Source: Bacillus subtilis subsp. subtilis str. 168 (GTDB lineage: Bacteria; Bacillota; Bacilli; Bacillales; Bacillaceae). From it: 64,000 nt of DNA. The first letter of the stretch is position 1. Each line of letters starts with the position of its first letter. The position numbers were made by a program, and so were the translations under genes. Of the stretch, positions 11,466 through 20,773 are shown one piece after another. The notes beneath the pieces were generated by a model. The model was not told where the DNA came from, made no database searches, and worked only from the letters and a program-made list of their open reading frames with translations. Location of the stretch: positions 2,666,001-2,730,000 of the forward strand of contig NC_000964.3 of assembly GCF_000009045.1 (NCBI RefSeq), given 5' to 3'.

Positions 11466-11648
11466 TTAATTACCTCCCTTCTTCGCTTCTTTTTCTAACA
11501 GCTCAAGCTTAAAACCGATTAATCCATATAAGAGCGCCTTGAATGCTTTCGGAGCCTCATATAGTTCTCTTAATTCTGACGGGGCGTATTTGAGCTCATG
11601 CATAGCATAGTAAAGGTATACAGCCTCTTTGTCCCCGTCTTTTACTAG
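11466..11648 (-). CDS. -1 frame extension of tail assembly chaperone (gpGT-like product)
   Basis: Slippery A AAA AAC directly before the yqbN TAG; the -1 frame is open for 60 codons ([26 protein letters not shown]...KKGGN*) and ends 2 nt before the yqbO ATG. Confidence 0.8.
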   Translation of the reverse strand, partial: LVKDGDKEAVYLYYAMHELKYAPSELRELYEAPKAFKALLYGLIGFKLELLEKEAKKGGN

Positions 11649-12094
11649 TTTTTTGCTGCTTCTTCAAGGTCTTCGAGATCATCATCAAAACCGTTGATTT
11701 CAATTGCTTTGTTCAGCCAATTTGCATATTCACCGCCGACTGAAAGAACACGTTTGGCGACTTCCACTGGATCTTCTGTTTTGTAAGCCTCACGTAGTTC
11801 CTTAGCTTTAAAGTTCGGATAAACAGTCGTTTCAACCGCAATACGAGCATAAAAGCGTTGGCTGTCCAACTCCTTCACACGGCCGCGGCCTTTTACATTT
11901 TTGTAAGTGGTGTTCTCTTTCTCAAGTTCGTCAATTCGTTCAGTCGTAATTGCTTTGAAAATGAATGGAACAACATTGCCTTCTTTGTCTACAAACCGTT
12001 TAGAAATCGGAACTTCTACCTCTTCCGCTTCAATTGTTTGTCCTGGCATAAAGAATGAAAGATCGTATACTTTTTCGTTTTGTTTTTCACTCAT
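11645..12094 (-). CDS. yqbN: Tail assembly chaperone (XkdN-like)
   Basis: 149 aa; directly upstream of the tape measure; ends EEAAKN like other gpG-type chaperones. Confidence 0.88.
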   Translation of the reverse strand: MSEKQNEKVYDLSFFMPGQTIEAEEVEVPISKRFVDKEGNVVPFIFKAITTERIDELEKENTTYKNVKGRGRVKELDSQRFYARIAVETTVYPNFKAKELREAYKTEDPVEVAKRVLSVGGEYANWLNKAIEINGFDDDLEDLEEAAKN

Positions 12095-12131
12095 GTTTAT
12101 TAACTCCTTTTACTTTTTAGTTTTGGACAAG

Positions 12132-12166
12132 AAAAAAAGCACATTCATACTTTTTGAATGTGCTTT
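12132..12166 (-). terminator. Intrinsic terminator just upstream of yqbN
   Basis: 9-bp stem GCACATTCA/TGAATGTGC followed by T7 on the minus strand. Confidence 0.7.
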
Positions 12167-12239
12167 CCATATAATTCATGTATAATAGATTCTTGAAGCT
12201 ACCTTAGCTTATCCTCCGAATATGAAAGGAGGTGAAATT

Positions 12240-12419
12240 ATGTCGACCTATGAATCTCTAATGGTCATGATCGGCTTTGCCAATTTAATAGGCGGGATTA
12301 TGACATGGGTAATATCTCTTTTAACATTATTATTCATGCTTAGAAAAAAAGACACTCATCCTATTTACATTACTGTAAAGGAAAAGTGTCTACACGAGGA
12401 CCCTCCTATTAAAGGGTAG
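12240..12419 (+). CDS. txpA: Type I toxin TxpA (59 aa membrane peptide)
   Basis: AAAGGAGGTG SD then MSTYESLMVMIGFANLIGGIMTWVISLLTLLFMLRKKDTHPIYITVKEKCLHEDPPIKG; TATAAT at 12181-12186. Confidence 0.95.
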   Translation: MSTYESLMVMIGFANLIGGIMTWVISLLTLLFMLRKKDTHPIYITVKEKCLHEDPPIKG

Positions 12420-12564
12420 TTTCTTTTTTAAAAGCTAGAGTGCTGCCACACTCTGGCTTTTATATTTTAGCATTTCTCATGAAAGTAACACACATTAACA
12501 AGTGGTAATGTGGTAATGTGGTACCAACTATAAGCTTACGCCAGTAGTTGCAATACTTTTGCTT
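12344..12564 (-). ncRNA. ratA: RatA antisense antitoxin RNA (ends approximate)
   Basis: Extended -10 TGTTATAAT at 12579-12571; GACAC/GTGTC-closed hairpin plus T7 ending near 12344; implied length about 220 nt, convergent with the txpA 3' end, as known for RatA. Confidence 0.85.
12431..12468 (+). terminator. txpA terminator
   Basis: AAAGCTAGAGTG-CTGCCA-CACTCTGGCTTT followed by a T-rich run. Confidence 0.8.
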
Positions 12565-12798
12565 GGCACCATTATAACATGAATATATATTGATTATATA
12601 ATTATTTGTATCTTTTATTTGTTACTTTTTTTATCTATGAGTTCAAAATGACCTGATCATAGAAGCCTTAACCCTTTTTCTTTTATTAAAAACCCTCGGA
12701 TTATGAAAGTGTTATGGTACAATATGGTTTAGTATAAATGAATATTGGCTTTCAACATCTCAAGGGCGGTCTGGCTCACTCCCTCATGAAAGGGGGTG

Positions 12799-12888
12799 AT
12801 GCACGTGTCAACATTTCAAGCATTAATGCTTATGCTTGCTTTCGGGTCATTTATAATTGCCCTGTTGACTTATATAAAGAAGAAATAG
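12799..12888 (+). CDS. bsrH: Type I toxin BsrH (29 aa)
   Basis: Below the ORF-track cutoff; AAAGGGGGTG SD; MHVSTFQALMLMLAFGSFIIALLTYIKKK*; TGGTACAAT extended -10 at 12715-12723. Confidence 0.92.
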   Translation: MHVSTFQALMLMLAFGSFIIALLTYIKKK

Positions 12889-13075
12889 ACCCACCCCTTG
12901 AGCTCGGCAAAGTAAAAGGGTAAAGTCTATCCTAAATACTTTCATGAAGTTGTTAAGCCAGCCCTCTTGATGGGCCAACATTTATACTGACCCGGCGGCA
13001 ACCGGGTCTCTTTTATTTTATGCATTTCTTTTGAAAGAAATACATGTTTCCATTTGGTACGGTTGAATTACTTCT
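12878..13075 (-). ncRNA. as-bsrH: as-bsrH antisense antitoxin RNA (ends approximate)
   Basis: Extended -10 TGGTAAGAT at 13090-13082; ATAGAC/GTCTAT-closed hairpin near 12885-12930 followed by a pyrimidine run on the minus strand; convergent with bsrH. Confidence 0.7.
12989..13019 (+). terminator. bsrH terminator
   Basis: GACCCGG-CGGCAA-CCGGGTC followed by TCTTTTATTTT. Confidence 0.85.
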
Positions 13076-13141
13076 AAAGTAATCTTACCACATTTTTTCG
13101 TAAATATCTTCGTTAAAGTCGGCGATTTTTCGTGAAAGTGA

Positions 13142-13585
13142 TTAGAATGTGGATTTTAACTGTTCAGGCACATCAAAATCCTCAAAGGTAAACGGCACTT
13201 CTTCTTCCAATGCTTCAGAATCAACATCAAGCCCAGCGATTTTCGCAGAATCAAAGTTCACATCGTACAAGGTGACTCGTTCAGTCCCACGACCTGAAGA
13301 GGCGTCATCTAGAACAGCTTGTAAGGTGAAATAAGGATCACTTCCCTTTTTCACATAGTCCATCATAATAAGAACAAATTGAGAAGTCACTTTATAAAAA
13401 GTGGCTGTTCCCGTTCCATTTGCTCCGGTCGTTTTGTGCCCCGTCATCCGACGACCCATGATATTGACCTCGGATTTGTTTTTCTCTACATTGGCTTCAA
13501 ACGTTTTGATATGGGCCATTTCTTCTCCATCAAGAAACAACCTGCCCTCTTTACCTGAAATGGTGTTTTGCGCTTTTAATGCCAT
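13142..13585 (-). CDS. yqbM: Tail tube protein (XkdM)
   Basis: 147 aa; ISGKEGRLF and EEEVPFTFEDFD motifs. Confidence 0.92.
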   Translation of the reverse strand: MALKAQNTISGKEGRLFLDGEEMAHIKTFEANVEKNKSEVNIMGRRMTGHKTTGANGTGTATFYKVTSQFVLIMMDYVKKGSDPYFTLQAVLDDASSGRGTERVTLYDVNFDSAKIAGLDVDSEALEEEVPFTFEDFDVPEQLKSTF

Positions 13586-13587
13586 TC

Positions 13588-14988
13588 CTATTTCACCTCA
13601 ACATTAAAGTAGAATTTTTCAGCTGCATCCACCGGTTGAACTGCAAGATCAATCAGGAAGCCGTCACGATCATTATTCAGAGCAATTGTAATGTCATTCT
13701 CTGAATCAAAATCAGTAATGCCCTCGTTATCTTGAAGAACACTCAAGTATTGAGTAATTAGCGTTTTTACAAACTGCAGTCCGTCATTTGTAGCGGGAAC
13801 ATCACTGCCGCTCGCTTTTCGAGACTTGATCAATGCTTTCAATTGTGATGTCAGGTCATTATTGATTGCATCAAGTACACGGACAATTTTGTTTTTCTGG
13901 AACATCTTATTTTTCTCTGCTGTTAGGCTTGTGAGTGAATTAATGTCCTTTTCAACCGATACTGATTTATCACGAGAATCATAAGTAAACAAGAATTCCC
14001 CATTTGACAATCGTTCAACGATTTCGTCGTTGTCAATTCGGTTAAGGACATCTACAGCTCCCTCGTATTCTACAAATGTAAGTGATTGATTAAATGTAGC
14101 CCCCGCACTTGCACCGGCAACCCAAGCTGTAGCTTTTTCAGGAGTGATCTCCGTTCCATCCTCAAGTAGGACACCACCTGTTACATTGATAATACCCTCA
14201 TGGTCTCCCTTGTAATTTGAAAGAACACCTTGAACCTTTTGCCCTTGGTTGTCTCTCAGCCGTTTGATAAACGCAACAAACGTTGCTTTTAATTGCTCGT
14301 TATCCTCTACAGGTAAAGCGATTGTGTCAAAGTATTCCGTTTCAGCCGCTTCCAAGAAAGCTGTATAATCGGCATTTGTCGGTGTTTTGTCTGTTCCGCC
14401 TGACAAGCGGATTCCGGAAGTTGCAGGGAGAGCACCGCTAACATCTTCAGGGGCCGTACCGGTTAACGGAATAGTAACTGTTAAATCTCCTTTCCCCGTA
14501 AACGTGACATATTTATTCGGTTTAAGTTCTTCAGCTTTAGACACTGTTTGTTTATCCACTTCAGATTGATCAAGGTAGGTAGTGACATCAACTTTCGAAG
14601 AGTCAATAACGTTCTCCGTAATACTAATAATGATGTCATTACCTTTAGTGCCGCCATAAAGAGCAGTAGCCTTTACACCTTCGCTAATGTCTGCTGAAGC
14701 ACGAAGACCTTCCGTTAGGCGATAAAGCAAGACTGTATTCGCCTTCTTCATCGCCTCACGTAAAAGCAACAGCGAAGGATCATCAATGTTCAACCCCACT
14801 TTTTTATTCAAGTCCTCGATTGAAGAGATAGAAATGAATTTCTTAACCTCACCCCAGCTGGACGCTATCGGCAGCGCCACTGTTCCACGTTCTCCGGCAG
14901 AAACACGGTTCTCCGCGGTCGTTTTGAAGTTAAAGTAAATACCGGCACGCTCTTTTTCCTTGCCAGGTGTGAAAGTTCCGCCGTTCAT
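13588..14988 (-). CDS. yqbK: Contractile tail sheath protein (XkdK)
   Basis: 466 aa; K.RAGIYFNF start, ALYGGTKGNDI, KNKIVRVLD motifs. Confidence 0.92.
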   Translation of the reverse strand: MNGGTFTPGKEKERAGIYFNFKTTAENRVSAGERGTVALPIASSWGEVKKFISISSIEDLNKKVGLNIDDPSLLLLREAMKKANTVLLYRLTEGLRASADISEGVKATALYGGTKGNDIIISITENVIDSSKVDVTTYLDQSEVDKQTVSKAEELKPNKYVTFTGKGDLTVTIPLTGTAPEDVSGALPATSGIRLSGGTDKTPTNADYTAFLEAAETEYFDTIALPVEDNEQLKATFVAFIKRLRDNQGQKVQGVLSNYKGDHEGIINVTGGVLLEDGTEITPEKATAWVAGASAGATFNQSLTFVEYEGAVDVLNRIDNDEIVERLSNGEFLFTYDSRDKSVSVEKDINSLTSLTAEKNKMFQKNKIVRVLDAINNDLTSQLKALIKSRKASGSDVPATNDGLQFVKTLITQYLSVLQDNEGITDFDSENDITIALNNDRDGFLIDLAVQPVDAAEKFYFNVEVK

Positions 14989-15180
14989 CTATTTGACCTC
15001 CTTTTGAAGAAACTGAGAAATCAACTTCTTCGCTTCCGATTTTGTAATACTCATTTTATGAACATGAAAAAGAGCACCGTCAAACACCTCGGGTTTTACC
15101 CCAAAGAGCTCTCGACTGTGCTCTCGCAAATCCTTAATATAAAAAGCATTTTCTGCTTTCTCTTTTTTAGTGGCCATCAT
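14989..15180 (-). CDS. yqzN: Small phage protein upstream of sheath
   Basis: 63 aa; coupled to yqbJ (ATGA) and abutting the yqbK start. Confidence 0.7.
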   Translation of the reverse strand: MMATKKEKAENAFYIKDLREHSRELFGVKPEVFDGALFHVHKMSITKSEAKKLISQFLQKEVK

Positions 15181-15614
15181 TTCACCCCACTTTTAAATTT
15201 AAAACCATCTATTGAACGCTGATCTTCCCGCTCATACCAATAGCGGCTCGTCCAGTTTAAGACAATGGTCGCATAATCGTCTGATACCCGCGTTTCTATT
15301 CGAGATAGGCGAATAAAATCCCCAGTATCCTCGCCAGATTCTTGTATAAGCGGAATTATGCCTCTTCTGCTTCTAAGTGTATCCGCAATTCGTTCCGCTT
15401 CGTTATGAGCCTTCTGTACGTTTTCGTGAAAGAGTTTTACGTTTAAAACATATGCTTTCTGAAACGTGGATACTGTGTCCACCCCATCGACCGTGGAAGC
15501 CGGTGGAAAGTAAAGAGACGGAACAGCAAAGTCCTGCGGTATTTCTTCTTCATACACTTGAACAGGATACAGTTTGTATAGATAGCCCATAATTGAACCT
15601 ACTTCTTGATTCAT
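15177..15614 (-). CDS. yqbJ: Tail terminator/completion protein (XkdJ-like)
   Basis: 145 aa; VYEEEIPQDF.VPSLYFP motif. Confidence 0.8.
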   Translation of the reverse strand: MNQEVGSIMGYLYKLYPVQVYEEEIPQDFAVPSLYFPPASTVDGVDTVSTFQKAYVLNVKLFHENVQKAHNEAERIADTLRSRRGIIPLIQESGEDTGDFIRLSRIETRVSDDYATIVLNWTSRYWYEREDQRSIDGFKFKSGVK

Positions 15615-15626
15615 GGCAGCACCGCC

Positions 15627-16130
15627 TTAAAATTCTTCATAAATCCATTGCTGCAGCTTCCGCTCAAGGCTTCTCTCAAACATCAACTGAAAAATGGCCA
15701 TGGCGTTATCCCAAAACCCCGAACCGTCTACCCATCGGAACTTCAGCAGCATGCCGGAATTTTTTTCAGCAGGGTCATATTCGAAACGGTCGCCTTTCCA
15801 CCGACCTGGAACCCATCGTCTATCCTGATTTTTAGACGGATCGATAGTAAAGTGCCCGTCATTGACGTATGAGGCGTAATCCAGATTTGTTCCAACATCC
15901 AACTTTAAGCTGCCTTCTGTCATTGAAAAGATATTATCCTGGTCACCTTTCTGAAAGGAATTGAGCAAGCGGCGAGTGTCCACGGTCTTCGTCCTAATGA
16001 TCTCATCTTGGATGATATCTAAGAACTCAAAACCCATTGATTCAAGCCACTGCTCATATTTCCTCTTCAGTCCCCCACGAGAAGCCCGGTCTAATGATTG
16101 TATGAACTGATCGAGACCCCGAATTTTCAT
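15627..16130 (-). CDS. yqbI: HK97 gp10-like neck/tail component (XkdI-like)
   Basis: 167 aa; VDTRRLLNSF and VGTNLDYASYVNDGH motifs. Confidence 0.82.
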   Translation of the reverse strand: MKIRGLDQFIQSLDRASRGGLKRKYEQWLESMGFEFLDIIQDEIIRTKTVDTRRLLNSFQKGDQDNIFSMTEGSLKLDVGTNLDYASYVNDGHFTIDPSKNQDRRWVPGRWKGDRFEYDPAEKNSGMLLKFRWVDGSGFWDNAMAIFQLMFERSLERKLQQWIYEEF

Positions 16131-16489
16131 AAGTATTCAACCTCCCGTACTGCCGTCACTTCCCAATGATGATTCCTGATTTTGCGGGGCTTCTGTAATT
16201 TATAAGCAGTACCATCCCAAACCGCCCTGTCATTTACTCGAATATCAGCAGTAGCAGGGAAATGCACAAGGAAAGATTGATAAATAGATACATTTGACTC
16301 CTGTTGGATAATGGACTGACTCTTCTCTGTAAAATAACACGGCTGATTTTCTATGTCCGGCTCATCAGGGTACGAAAAAACCGGTTGAACATCTTCAACC
16401 GGCACCCCGAATTTTTGCTTTCTATTTTCTTTTTTCTCCTGCAGATGGTAAATGTCACATCTGTGAGTCAATAAGGATTGATAACTCAT
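16127..16489 (-). CDS. yqbH: Head-tail adaptor/closure protein (XkdH-like)
   Basis: 120 aa ORF in the neck module. Confidence 0.78.
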
Positions 16490-16881
16490 ATTGATCTCAT
16501 CCGCACTTTCGCTTCAATCCCTTCTAAATCAGGGTCAGCCGGTTTCACATAATCTTTTATTAATGCATACACATCAGGTTTTTGAAGAGAACTGCCATCC
16601 CCTAGAGTATAAGAATAGTCACCAATTTTTTCAGTTGTATATCCTTTAATAATTGACTCGTCGCCATTTATAAGAGCATAAAACTGAGACAACTTTAATA
16701 GAGCCAGTCGAACCGTTTCAGGCAAAGGGATATACTCTGCATCTGAAAAATCATGTCCAACTTTAAGAATGATATCGGCAGTTGCCTCAAGGATATCCTG
16801 TTTTAACAACTCGTCAGGTCTGGTCTTTACAGACTCAAAAACTGAATAACTCTTTAATTCATCGGGAGTGATTAACAGCAT
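16486..16881 (-). CDS. yqbG: Head-tail connector (YqbG / DUF3199)
   Basis: 131 aa; [11 protein letters not shown] connector motif. Confidence 0.8.
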
Positions 16882-16884
16882 AGG

Positions 16885-17196
16885 TCACTCCCCTTTGTTA
16901 TCTATTTGCTTAAGGATGTAGGCAATTCTTTCATCTGCGTTTTTGAAGTCAGACGGATTGCGACCAAGATTAGAAATAATGGATTCATGCTCTGCTTTAT
17001 TCATACCTTTCAATTCCGATTCAGTATAATTTATCGGATCATCCTTTTGATTATTAAGCTCTTGGGTTAGTATAAAATATGGATTTTCATTTAAATACTC
17101 ATAGAGCTTTTTCGGTACTGTTTGACTGACACCTGCTCGAAAGGTTATTCCCATCACATTGTATGTTTTGCCTTTAATAAGCTTTGCAGTAAACAC
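16885..17196 (-). CDS. yqbF: Small head-associated protein
   Basis: 103 aa ORF directly after the capsid gene. Confidence 0.75.
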   Translation of the reverse strand: MFTAKLIKGKTYNVMGITFRAGVSQTVPKKLYEYLNENPYFILTQELNNQKDDPINYTESELKGMNKAEHESIISNLGRNPSDFKNADERIAYILKQIDNKGE

Positions 17197-17206
17197 ACCA
17201 GACCAC

Positions 17207-18142
17207 CTACTCCTTCACTTTCACGATCTTGGCTACGGCGTCCTCTTCTTCAAAAACACTATCCAATTTCGCTGTCAAAACAATGATAAACATACGGCGA
17301 CGGATGTCCTTATCTACTTCAATCCGAATGTTACGAGAGAATCCGAGAATAATATTCTTCGGATGAGTTAGGATGATATCAGAAACATCGGCTGCAGTAT
17401 CTCCCTCTCCAATCGTATAAGGCTGTAAATTTGCAATACCTTTGATTGGAACACCAAAAGCAGATGAAAGGCCACCTTGAACAGCTGCATCCCCTAAATT
17501 TGTTTGACGATCAGCTACACGATCTTTCCATTCGACCTCAATACCAGGCGATGTATAGAAACGGAACTCCTGCGGAATTCGCAAATATTTAGGAGGTACA
17601 GCTTTGTATCCTCGTTTAAATGTTTGACGTGTCAGTTCCTCACCTGCAGCATCGACAATATGAGATGTAGCTTGTTTTCTGATGCCATCTAATTGTGCAA
17701 GATATGAGTCGGAGGAAGATGTATCCCCATTTACAAGCAACTCTTCAATATCAACCGCAGCACGCTCAGCTATCATTTGCATGATTGTATTCTGAAGGCC
17801 ATCTTTTTCGATGTTGTTTTCAAGTGTGTCATAGGTAATGTTAACTTCAGCAATTACTTCTTTTGTGCTTAAGTTAACTGTGCTAGTTGATGGAACTGAC
17901 TTTTGATCTTTAGTTAGCGCAACTCCCTCTTGGGCTGCCCTTAAAATACGCTGACCAAAACCGATCTTCTCGATTTTCTGTGTGTCATGGTCCATTTGAA
18001 TAACTCGCGCATCTCTTAAAATGGTTGGCGTATCTTGTACCATTCGAATAAAAGTTGAAGCCTGAGTAGGATTCATAATCCCGCCGCTCTCTAAAGTAGA
18101 AAGCGTCATTTCTGCTTTATTAATAACCTCTTGATTTCTCAT
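17207..18142 (-). CDS. yqbE: Major capsid protein (XkdG-like, HK97 fold)
   Basis: 311 aa; [16 protein letters not shown] and [10 protein letters not shown] motifs. Confidence 0.88.
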   Translation of the reverse strand: MRNQEVINKAEMTLSTLESGGIMNPTQASTFIRMVQDTPTILRDARVIQMDHDTQKIEKIGFGQRILRAAQEGVALTKDQKSVPSTSTVNLSTKEVIAEVNITYDTLENNIEKDGLQNTIMQMIAERAAVDIEELLVNGDTSSSDSYLAQLDGIRKQATSHIVDAAGEELTRQTFKRGYKAVPPKYLRIPQEFRFYTSPGIEVEWKDRVADRQTNLGDAAVQGGLSSAFGVPIKGIANLQPYTIGEGDTAADVSDIILTHPKNIILGFSRNIRIEVDKDIRRRMFIIVLTAKLDSVFEEEDAVAKIVKVKE

Positions 18143-18160
18143 TCGTATCCTCCTTATCCA

Positions 18161-19129
18161 TTAAAACAACCCTGACCAGATTGATTTTTGAACTTGTTCG
18201 GAACCCGATTCTTCAGTTTGCTTAGATGTTCCGCGACTTTTTTCGATTGCTTCAATACGATCAGCGAGCGGTTGAACAGCTTCTGAAATTGCCTTTTTCA
18301 ACTTCTCGCCCTCTTTTTCAGTCTCTTCTTCTTTTTCTTTATCTTTCTTATTAAGCTCTTCCTCTTTTTCTAATGTCTCGAGCCGCTTCTTAATTGGCTC
18401 TAATGCTTCTTGAATGGATTTAGTTACTTCCTCCGAAGTCATTTCTTCTTCCCCCTCTTTTGTTTCTACCTGACTCAGTAAATTACCAAGGGCAGCATGA
18501 GCATTCTTAATTTCTTGCAGGTTTGAAGCGGAAAATTTTCTGCCCGCCTTTGCAACTGGCTCTTCATATGATTGCTGTTGTTTTCCAACAAAAAAGTTTT
18601 TGAGCAAATTAAATAGCCCTTTCTCATCTGTTTTCTCTTGAGAAACGGGCTTTTCTTGTTTTTCAATCGTCTCAGCAGTTCCTGCCATTGAATAACCGGT
18701 AATTTCGCCTTTTTTGATTTGCTCCCATACTTCCTCAGAAGCCTTTGTGACAAGGACCCATGATCCCTTTTTAATGGTTTCCCCATTCATTTCAAAGTCT
18801 GCCGGTGCGACATAGGACTCAACCACCTCACCAACACCACCCTGAAAGTCATGTTGCTTGTCGATTTGACGAGCATCTTTCAGGAATCCATGAGCGGCCT
18901 TTTCGATTTCTGCAGCTGTCATGAAATCTCCGTGGGCGTCCACTGTATCAGGTTCATACACGATACCGTAAACAAGTTTTTGCTCGTCTGCCTCTTTCGC
19001 AAGGATTCTGACTTCCTTTTGAAAATCAGGTTGTTTTTCTGATTTCACAATAAAGAACTGCTTTTGATTAGCAGCCTTATCCACATAAGAAACATGTGTG
19101 ATTTTTGCGTTCACCAATTCTCTTGGCAT
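18161..19129 (-). CDS. yqbD: XkdF-like putative prohead protease/scaffold
   Basis: Start ATG 19129 after AAGGAGGTG; LVYGIVYEPDTVDAHGD and GEITGYSMAG motifs; charged coiled-coil C-terminus. Confidence 0.85.
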   Translation of the reverse strand: MPRELVNAKITHVSYVDKAANQKQFFIVKSEKQPDFQKEVRILAKEADEQKLVYGIVYEPDTVDAHGDFMTAAEIEKAAHGFLKDARQIDKQHDFQGGVGEVVESYVAPADFEMNGETIKKGSWVLVTKASEEVWEQIKKGEITGYSMAGTAETIEKQEKPVSQEKTDEKGLFNLLKNFFVGKQQQSYEEPVAKAGRKFSASNLQEIKNAHAALGNLLSQVETKEGEEEMTSEEVTKSIQEALEPIKKRLETLEKEEELNKKDKEKEEETEKEGEKLKKAISEAVQPLADRIEAIEKSRGTSKQTEESGSEQVQKSIWSGLF

Positions 19130-19144
19130 GTTATTCACCTCCTT

Positions 19145-19175
19145 AAAATAAGAAAAGACTTCTAATTAGAAGTCT
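19145..19175 (-). terminator. yqbC terminator
   Basis: AGACTTCT-AATT-AGAAGTCT perfect stem followed by TTTCTTATTTT. Confidence 0.7.
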
Positions 19176-19815
19176 CACCAGCTGTATTCTCAGCAACATA
19201 ATTGCTTGTTATCTCCATTAACCTTTTTACACTCTTATCTACATTCCAGAAAAATTTATTCATAATGTAGCTTTGTGAAATATGACTTTTCTCTAAGTCA
19301 TGAACTATATTCATTATATCAAGTAAGCTTTCCGCAAATGAATCATTAAGAATTTTATGGCGTTTCAAATAATCAACCATGTATAACATGCCTATACCTT
19401 GAGATTTATCTGCCGCATCATCTTTTTCTGATACTTTTTCATAAAGATTTTTCACTGCTCCATATAAACGAATCATTTCCATTTTTAGTAGTAAGTCATT
19501 ATCCCCTTTAATGCTTGTCTTCTCATTATAATGGGAATGTGTTTCCTCAGTGATTTCAGAATTACTTTCTAAATTTAATGAATCTTTTAGATTTTGATCA
19601 TCAGTTCCATATTGATTCTCTTTATTCAATTGGAAACTAATCTTATCTAATTTTTGGTCAATAGTGAATTCAAATTCCCAATCCTTATATTTAATTTTCG
19701 CCAAGGTACTGATCAAATTTGAAACCGGTTGTTTTAATTTAAAAACCAAGATAATTATTGCTACCGGCCAAATGATTGATTTGACTATTGAAGAGATAAA
19801 CTCCATCCAATTCAT
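19162..19815 (-). CDS. yqbC: Moron: membrane-anchored protein of unknown function
   Basis: 217 aa; N-terminal hydrophobic segment ([12 protein letters not shown]); AT-rich; own promoter and terminator. Confidence 0.85.
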
Positions 19816-19844
19816 ATTTTCCCCACCTAATATGTAATGAGGAC

Positions 19845-19873
19845 ATTATACTATTTTATTCCATGTTTGCTAA
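19845..19873 (-). promoter_or_regulatory. SigA-like promoter for yqbC
   Basis: TTAGCA (19873-19868) - 17 bp - TATAAT (19850-19845). Confidence 0.65.
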
Positions 19874-20773
19874 GACTTCTCTTTGAATCTCTTCTTTTTC
19901 TTCGGGTGATAAGCCTAAAATCTTACTATCTACCACAGGCGATAGAACACAATGGCAGTTAACCCGCTCCCTTGTTGATAGTTTAGGATCCCTCGGAAAC
20001 ATGCAGGTTTCGCTACTGCCCGGTATCTGAAATTCTTCATCTACTCCAATGACTGTACCGTCAAGATCAATGTGATTTTCACGAGGATTGTTCTTCTTCC
20101 CTCCGCTGTGCCGCCATTTCTTTTTCTTTACTGCCGGCGATTGTGCATATGATTCATGCTGCGCGGCAGAGGAAGCGGCAAGCACTTCTGTGATGGCTGT
20201 GGTACGCGCCCGCTCCCTATCAAATTGTGGCATGTCTTTGAGAGTCAACTCAATGTCCTGGATTGATGAACCGTTCTCGATAGCATTAGTTAGCACGTCC
20301 TCCACCACTTCATGTGTGTTTAACTTCATGATCTCAGCCAGCTTCTTTGACCAATCCTTAATCCAATTAATCGTACGATTGGATAAGACTTTAAAAGGCA
20401 CCTCTGGATCTATTGAATCCATGATTACTTCAGCCATTTCTTCAATAGTCTGTTGCAGGAATCCCTCAGTCAGTTCCTGAAATTCTTCCTCGAAGTCATC
20501 CTCCGCGAATAGGTTCTGAGTAAAAAACACTAGAAGGGCTTTTAACGTCTCTTCTGAGTCTTTGCTTACAAAACCTTTGAGACCATCTAAAAACTTCTTA
20601 TGCTGGCGTCTGAGCAATCTGGCAATGCCTTTTTCATATTCCTCCACATATTTGGGGATATTAGATTTGCCAGGAAAGTCAGGTACCATCTCCCCCAATT
20701 GCTTATACTGATTTTCCTCGGCTTTTTGAATAAAGACATTTAAACTCTCCAATAGCTTATCCGTTTTGTTCAT
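19856..20773 (-). CDS. yqbB: Head morphogenesis protein (SPP1 gp7 / MuF-like)
   Basis: 305 aa; RARTTAITE, KKKWRH, RENH.DLDG and NCHC motifs. Confidence 0.88.
   Translation of the reverse strand: MNKTDKLLESLNVFIQKAEENQYKQLGEMVPDFPGKSNIPKYVEEYEKGIARLLRRQHKKFLDGLKGFVSKDSEETLKALLVFFTQNLFAEDDFEEEFQELTEGFLQQTIEEMAEVIMDSIDPEVPFKVLSNRTINWIKDWSKKLAEIMKLNTHEVVEDVLTNAIENGSSIQDIELTLKDMPQFDRERARTTAITEVLAASSAAQHESYAQSPAVKKKKWRHSGGKKNNPRENHIDLDGTVIGVDEEFQIPGSSETCMFPRDPKLSTRERVNCHCVLSPVVDSKILGLSPEEKEEIQREVLANME

Noticed and set aside
17196-17215. Frameshift or readthrough extension of the major capsid protein
   Set aside because: No slippery sequence at the yqbE 3' end; yqbF has its own start.
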